Shown here in pieces: positions 28,150 to 32,000 of a DNA stretch of 32,000 nt. The notes under the pieces were generated by a model. That model worked only from the letters and a program-made list of their open reading frames with translations. It had not been told where the DNA came from and did not search any database. The stretch covers positions 41,366 through 73,365 of the forward strand of contig NZ_PGGB02000007.1 in assembly GCF_002803295.2 (NCBI RefSeq). Direction: 5' to 3'. The translations under genes were made by a program, and so were the position numbers. Positions within the stretch are counted from its first letter, which is position 1. Every line of letters begins with the position of its first letter. The DNA is from Caedibacter taeniospiralis (lineage in GTDB: Bacteria; Pseudomonadota; Gammaproteobacteria; Francisellales; Francisellaceae).

Positions 28150-29197
28150 ATACTTGATTATTGCACCAAGCTGGGTAGGTGATATGGTGATGTCACAGTC
28201 TCTTTATCGCTACCTTAAACAGCTTGATCCTGAGTGTGTTATCGATATTGCCGCACCAAAGCACTGCTGTGAGCTTACGCAATTTATGCCTGAGATTAAC
28301 CAGACCTTCCCACTTGAGTTTAAGCACGGCGAATTTGGATTTCATGTTCGTAAACAAAAGGCGTGTGATTTTCGTCATCAAGGATATACCACGGCTATTG
28401 TCTTGCCCAATTCATGGAAATCTGCACTTATTCCTTTTTTTGCCAAAATTAAAAAACGTACAGGCTGGCAGGGTGAGGCACGATTTTTTTTGTTAAATGA
28501 TCGCAGACGCTTAAATAAAAGCAAATATCCTTTAATGATTGAGCGCTTTTGCGCATTGGCAATTGCCAAAACAGAAGACTTATCCCATGAGCTCCCTTTT
28601 CCTAAATTTGAATTAGAGGCTTCAAAAATTGATATAACTTTAGCTAAATATCGTCTCATAAATAACAATAAGATTGTTGCTCTTTGCCCAGGTGCTGAGT
28701 TTGGTCCTGCGAAAAAATGGTCAACTGCTCATTACACAGAGCTCGCTCAATATTTACTAGATAGAAATTATCAAGTGATCTTATTGGGAGGCGCCAAAGA
28801 TCAACAGACCACATCCGACATTAGCAAAAGCTGTAACCATCACGCCCATTTATTTAATCTTGCGGGAAAAACATCACTCTCAGAAGTCGTCTATTTGTTA
28901 GCAAGCTGTGAGAAAGTCGTCAGTAACGATTCAGGACTCATGCACATTGCCTGTGCGCTTAACATTCCAACACTTGTCATTTACGGTTCAACTTCAGATA
29001 AATTCACCCCACCACTTAGTAATAAAGCAAAAAGCATCTATCTTCACAATCTTCCGTGCCGCCCTTGCTTTAAGCGCGAATGCCCCTTAGGGCACATGGA
29101 TTGCCTGAATAAGCTCACCCCTAAACTGGTTATTGCTGAGCTTGAGAAATTGCCACCAAACTTGCCAGTATCATACTCGCATAGTCAGGATTACTAG
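28142..29197 (+). CDS. waaF: Lipopolysaccharide heptosyltransferase II
   Basis: MNKYLIIAPSWVGDMVMSQSLYRYLKQ...LVIYGSTSDKFTPPLS...LPCRPCFKRECPLGHMDCL. Overlaps the preceding ORF by 8 nt. Confidence 0.95.
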   Translation: MNKYLIIAPSWVGDMVMSQSLYRYLKQLDPECVIDIAAPKHCCELTQFMPEINQTFPLEFKHGEFGFHVRKQKACDFRHQGYTTAIVLPNSWKSALIPFFAKIKKRTGWQGEARFFLLNDRRRLNKSKYPLMIERFCALAIAKTEDLSHELPFPKFELEASKIDITLAKYRLINNNKIVALCPGAEFGPAKKWSTAHYTELAQYLLDRNYQVILLGGAKDQQTTSDISKSCNHHAHLFNLAGKTSLSEVVYLLASCEKVVSNDSGLMHIACALNIPTLVIYGSTSDKFTPPLSNKAKSIYLHNLPCRPCFKRECPLGHMDCLNKLTPKLVIAELEKLPPNLPVSYSHSQDY

Positions 29198-29696
29198 GCA
29201 CCCCTTCAACTTGCGCCATAGCTTCCTGGAAGGATTTTGAGCTTATTGTCAGTGAACAGCGTTGCAATGAAGGTAATGCCATTTTAATGGCAGGATATAG
29301 CTTATCGTCGATCTGTGAGATCACTGCCCTTAATTTTGTTAAATCGACGTCCTTCTGATTAAAGCTTTTTGCATCAGCCGACCACTTAGCCAACCAATAT
29401 TGCTCAATAAACTTTGACATATCCATCTGTATCTGCGTAAAAACCAGCGTTGGGTAGGCTGGCAGCATTTCTTTATCTGCAATAATTTTAACGTTTTGCA
29501 ACACTTGAAGTTCACGATCTGGAGCATAAATACCACTTTTTTTGATAAACTTATCCGCAGCAACCAACTGCATCACTTGTGCCCTTTGTGCAATCAGATC
29601 AAATGCCATGGTTAATTTAGTATTATCACACTCAGTGGCTTGCGCTGTGCTGCTCAATATTACTGCCATGAAACAAACCCTCTTTAATATACCCAT
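29130..29696 (-). CDS. Putative secreted (gamma-class) chorismate mutase-like protein
   Basis: Signal-peptide-like MGILKRVCFMAVILSSTAQA, then LTMAFDLIAQRAQVMQLVAADKFIKKSGIYAPDRELQVLQNV, resembling AroQ helix 1 and the DxxRE region. Confidence 0.68.
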   Translation of the reverse strand: MGILKRVCFMAVILSSTAQATECDNTKLTMAFDLIAQRAQVMQLVAADKFIKKSGIYAPDRELQVLQNVKIIADKEMLPAYPTLVFTQIQMDMSKFIEQYWLAKWSADAKSFNQKDVDLTKLRAVISQIDDKLYPAIKMALPSLQRCSLTISSKSFQEAMAQVEGVPSNPDYASMILASLVAISQAQQ

Positions 29697-29901
29697 CGCA
29701 AACCATTTTACAGACTTTCTGACATTGCATTTTGGCTGATTTTGAGTGACTGAATTTTGATAATAGAGCTTGCTATTACCTGCAATCCAGTCATTCAAAA
29801 TCCTCACAAACTGCTTTCCCATAAATCCCGCAAAATGATTTACGATGGGTATAGATATTTTCTGACGAAACAATACCTCCTCCCATAATCGCGTGTTGCG
29901 T

Positions 29902-29924
29902 AAGGGCGTATTGCATACGCCCTT
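29902..29924. repeat. REP-like perfect palindrome
   Basis: AAGGGCGTAT-TGC-ATACGCCCTT, 10-bp perfect stem with 3-nt loop, intergenic. Confidence 0.6.
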
Positions 29925-30120
29925 GTGCTTATTCAAATAACAGCGTGAGGTGACTTTTCCCACATTCGTAATCCCCGCCTTTTGCCACCTTTTTCCCAAA
30001 TATATCTACATTCCTGGTGCAAAGCCAGCAGAATTTTAGAACCCCGCTTTTAATTTTGTGTATACTGCAAAGCTATGCTGTACCAGGCAGTATATCAAAT
30101 TTTAATGTGGAGAGATGACC

Positions 30121-30600
30121 ATGGAAAATATTGCAAGTTTTAACATAGATCACTTAAGATTAAAGCGTGGGATATACGTTTCACGCATTGATCGCTTTGA
30201 TGTGGCAGTTATTACAACATTTGATATCCGCATGAAAGAACCGAATAACGAACCTGTGATTGATATTCCTGCCCTTCACACGTTAGAGCATCTGGGGGCC
30301 TCTTTTCTAAGAAACCATACGCAATGGAAAGAGAAAACCAGCTACTTTGGTCCTATGGGATGCCGCACAGGGTTTTATGCCCTGTTTTCAGGCTCTCTTA
30401 CCAGCACTGACATTATTCCGCTGATAAAAAAATTATTTCATTTTTGTGCTGATTTTCGCGGTAAAGTCCCTGGTTGCTCTGCTGCTGAGTGTGGCAACTG
30501 GAGGGATCACAACCTTGACATGGCACAATATGAAGCCAAAAAGTTTATCGGCGAAGTTTTGAACAAGCTGCAAGCTGAGAATCTTAACTATCCTCAATAA
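30121..30600 (+). CDS. luxS: S-ribosylhomocysteine lyase
   Basis: IPALHTLEHLGASFLRNH (HxxEH zinc motif), FGPMGCRTGFY, PGCSAAECGNW. GGAG at 30109 favours ATG 30121 over 30115. Confidence 0.95.
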   Translation: MENIASFNIDHLRLKRGIYVSRIDRFDVAVITTFDIRMKEPNNEPVIDIPALHTLEHLGASFLRNHTQWKEKTSYFGPMGCRTGFYALFSGSLTSTDIIPLIKKLFHFCADFRGKVPGCSAAECGNWRDHNLDMAQYEAKKFIGEVLNKLQAENLNYPQ

Positions 30601-30638
30601 CTCTAGTGATTAAGTTGGAAACACCCTGAGTGATTACC

Positions 30639-31649
30639 TTATTTTAACCAGGTTTTTGATTTTTGATGGGCAATCTCACGCACCAGTTTTGGCACTAAAT
30701 AGCCTGAGGTAATCGCTTTTAACTCATGATGAATTGCTTTGGCTTTTTCTTCATCAACATCAAAATGCTGCACCCCCTTTACTTTGTCTAGTACATGCAA
30801 GTAATAAGGCAATACACCTGCTTCAAATAGACGCTCTGACAACGCTTTCAACACTTCAGCATTATCATTAACGCCTTTAAGTAACGTTGCTTGATTTAAA
30901 ATGCTAAATCCTGCTTCTTTTAACTGCTTAAATGCGCCAATCACATCCGCGGCAATTTCATTGCCATGATTGGCATGCACTACCATAATTTTTTGTAAGT
31001 GCGTCTTGTTAAATACTGCTAAGAATTCTTTCGTAACCCTCTTGGGTAATACGATTGGGATTCTCGTATGAATTCGCAACCGCTTAATGTGAGGAATTGA
31101 TTCTGTTTGTGCTACAAACCAGCTTAAGCGTTCATCATTGTGTAACAAAGGATCTCCCCCCGAAAAAATCACCTCATCAAGCTCTGCATGTTCTCTAATA
31201 TAGTTAAATACGTGCGACCAGCTTTCTTTGGATTGAGTTTGAGCCTGGTAATCATATTCCCGACGAAAACAATATCGACAATGCACCGCACAGGCAGGAT
31301 GCAACATCAGTAAAATCCGATTATGGTATTTGCGCAAAGCCCCTTTCACAGGATTAAACTCACGTTCAGAGAGTGGGTCACTCACATAGTTATCTGCTCG
31401 ATCAAGCTCAAATTTATCCGCTAGCACTTGTTTTAATAAGGGATCATTAATATCCCCTTTTTTCATTCTCAAGGCAAAACTATACGGTATACGCATTGGA
31501 AAGTTTTCGATGACAGGGACCCTGTAGCTATTTGGGTTTAATTCTAAAAACCGTGCTAAGGTTTGCCAATCTTTAAAGCCTTGATTTAAGGCAATTTTCC
31601 AATCTGCGCTGGCTTTATCCTGTTGCCCCTCTGGTTTTTCGTGTATCAT
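30639..31649 (-). CDS. epmB: EF-P beta-lysylation protein EpmB (lysine 2,3-aminomutase-like radical SAM enzyme)
   Basis: HPACAVHCRYCFRREYDY, FSGGDPLLHND, RLRIHTRIPIVLP, LPYYLHVLDKVKG. Start taken at MIHEKPEG (31649). Confidence 0.95.
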   Translation of the reverse strand: MIHEKPEGQQDKASADWKIALNQGFKDWQTLARFLELNPNSYRVPVIENFPMRIPYSFALRMKKGDINDPLLKQVLADKFELDRADNYVSDPLSEREFNPVKGALRKYHNRILLMLHPACAVHCRYCFRREYDYQAQTQSKESWSHVFNYIREHAELDEVIFSGGDPLLHNDERLSWFVAQTESIPHIKRLRIHTRIPIVLPKRVTKEFLAVFNKTHLQKIMVVHANHGNEIAADVIGAFKQLKEAGFSILNQATLLKGVNDNAEVLKALSERLFEAGVLPYYLHVLDKVKGVQHFDVDEEKAKAIHHELKAITSGYLVPKLVREIAHQKSKTWLK

Positions 31650-31698
31650 GTTCGGCGTTTTGAAATGAAGTAGCGCTAATATACTAGAGAGGATAGAG

Positions 31699-32000
31699 AT
31701 GGCAAGTTTTAGTACAAATGAATTTAAAAATGGCTTGAAATTATTAATCGATGGCAACCCAATGGCAATTGTTGAGAATGAATTTGTCAAACCAGGTAAA
31801 GGTCAGGCGTTTAATCGTGTTAAATTGCGTAACTTAAAAAATGGTCGTGTCATTGAGAAAACATTCAAATCAGGGGAATCTGTTGACGGTGCTGATGTAC
31901 TTGAAGTTGCCGCAAGTTACTCGTACTTTGATGGTGAGTATTACGTGTTTATGCAGGATGAAACCTTTGAACAATATAATATTAACGAGACGGCTTTGGG
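31699..32000 (+). CDS. efp: Elongation factor P (partial at window end)
   Basis: [46 protein letters not shown]...; PGKGQAF contains the modifiable lysine. Runs off the window end. Confidence 0.96.
   Translation, partial: MASFSTNEFKNGLKLLIDGNPMAIVENEFVKPGKGQAFNRVKLRNLKNGRVIEKTFKSGESVDGADVLEVAASYSYFDGEYYVFMQDETFEQYNINETAL

Overview
Gammaproteobacterial window, Legionellales-like by gene content (low-confidence taxonomy). It has two halves. (A) ~1-22.6 kb is accessory and mostly secreted or surface genes: a giant 2639-aa lipoprotein built from four ~450-aa super-modules (1350-nt period), a one-super-module paralog interrupted by an in-frame TGA, a 1603-aa plus 267-aa secreted pair joined by an ATGA overlap, an AAA-ATPase-like/PD-(D/E)XK protein plus the 3' tail of a second copy at the window start that the ORF track missed, a PDDEXK_2/Rpn-type protein, two small secreted proteins, and a MITE-like structured element with 23-bp terminal inverted repeats. 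(B) ~22.6-32 kb is ordinary housekeeping: accA, an MFS transporter, tldD, yciO, yciB, a zinc-finger protein, waaF, a secreted chorismate mutase-like gene, luxS, epmB and efp (cut by the window end). No rRNA, tRNA or CRISPR was recognised. The strongest leads are the paralogous modular lipoproteins (module-number expansion, shared upstream palindrome, in-frame TGA before a conserved C-terminal domain), the MITE-like element and the coupled secreted pair.
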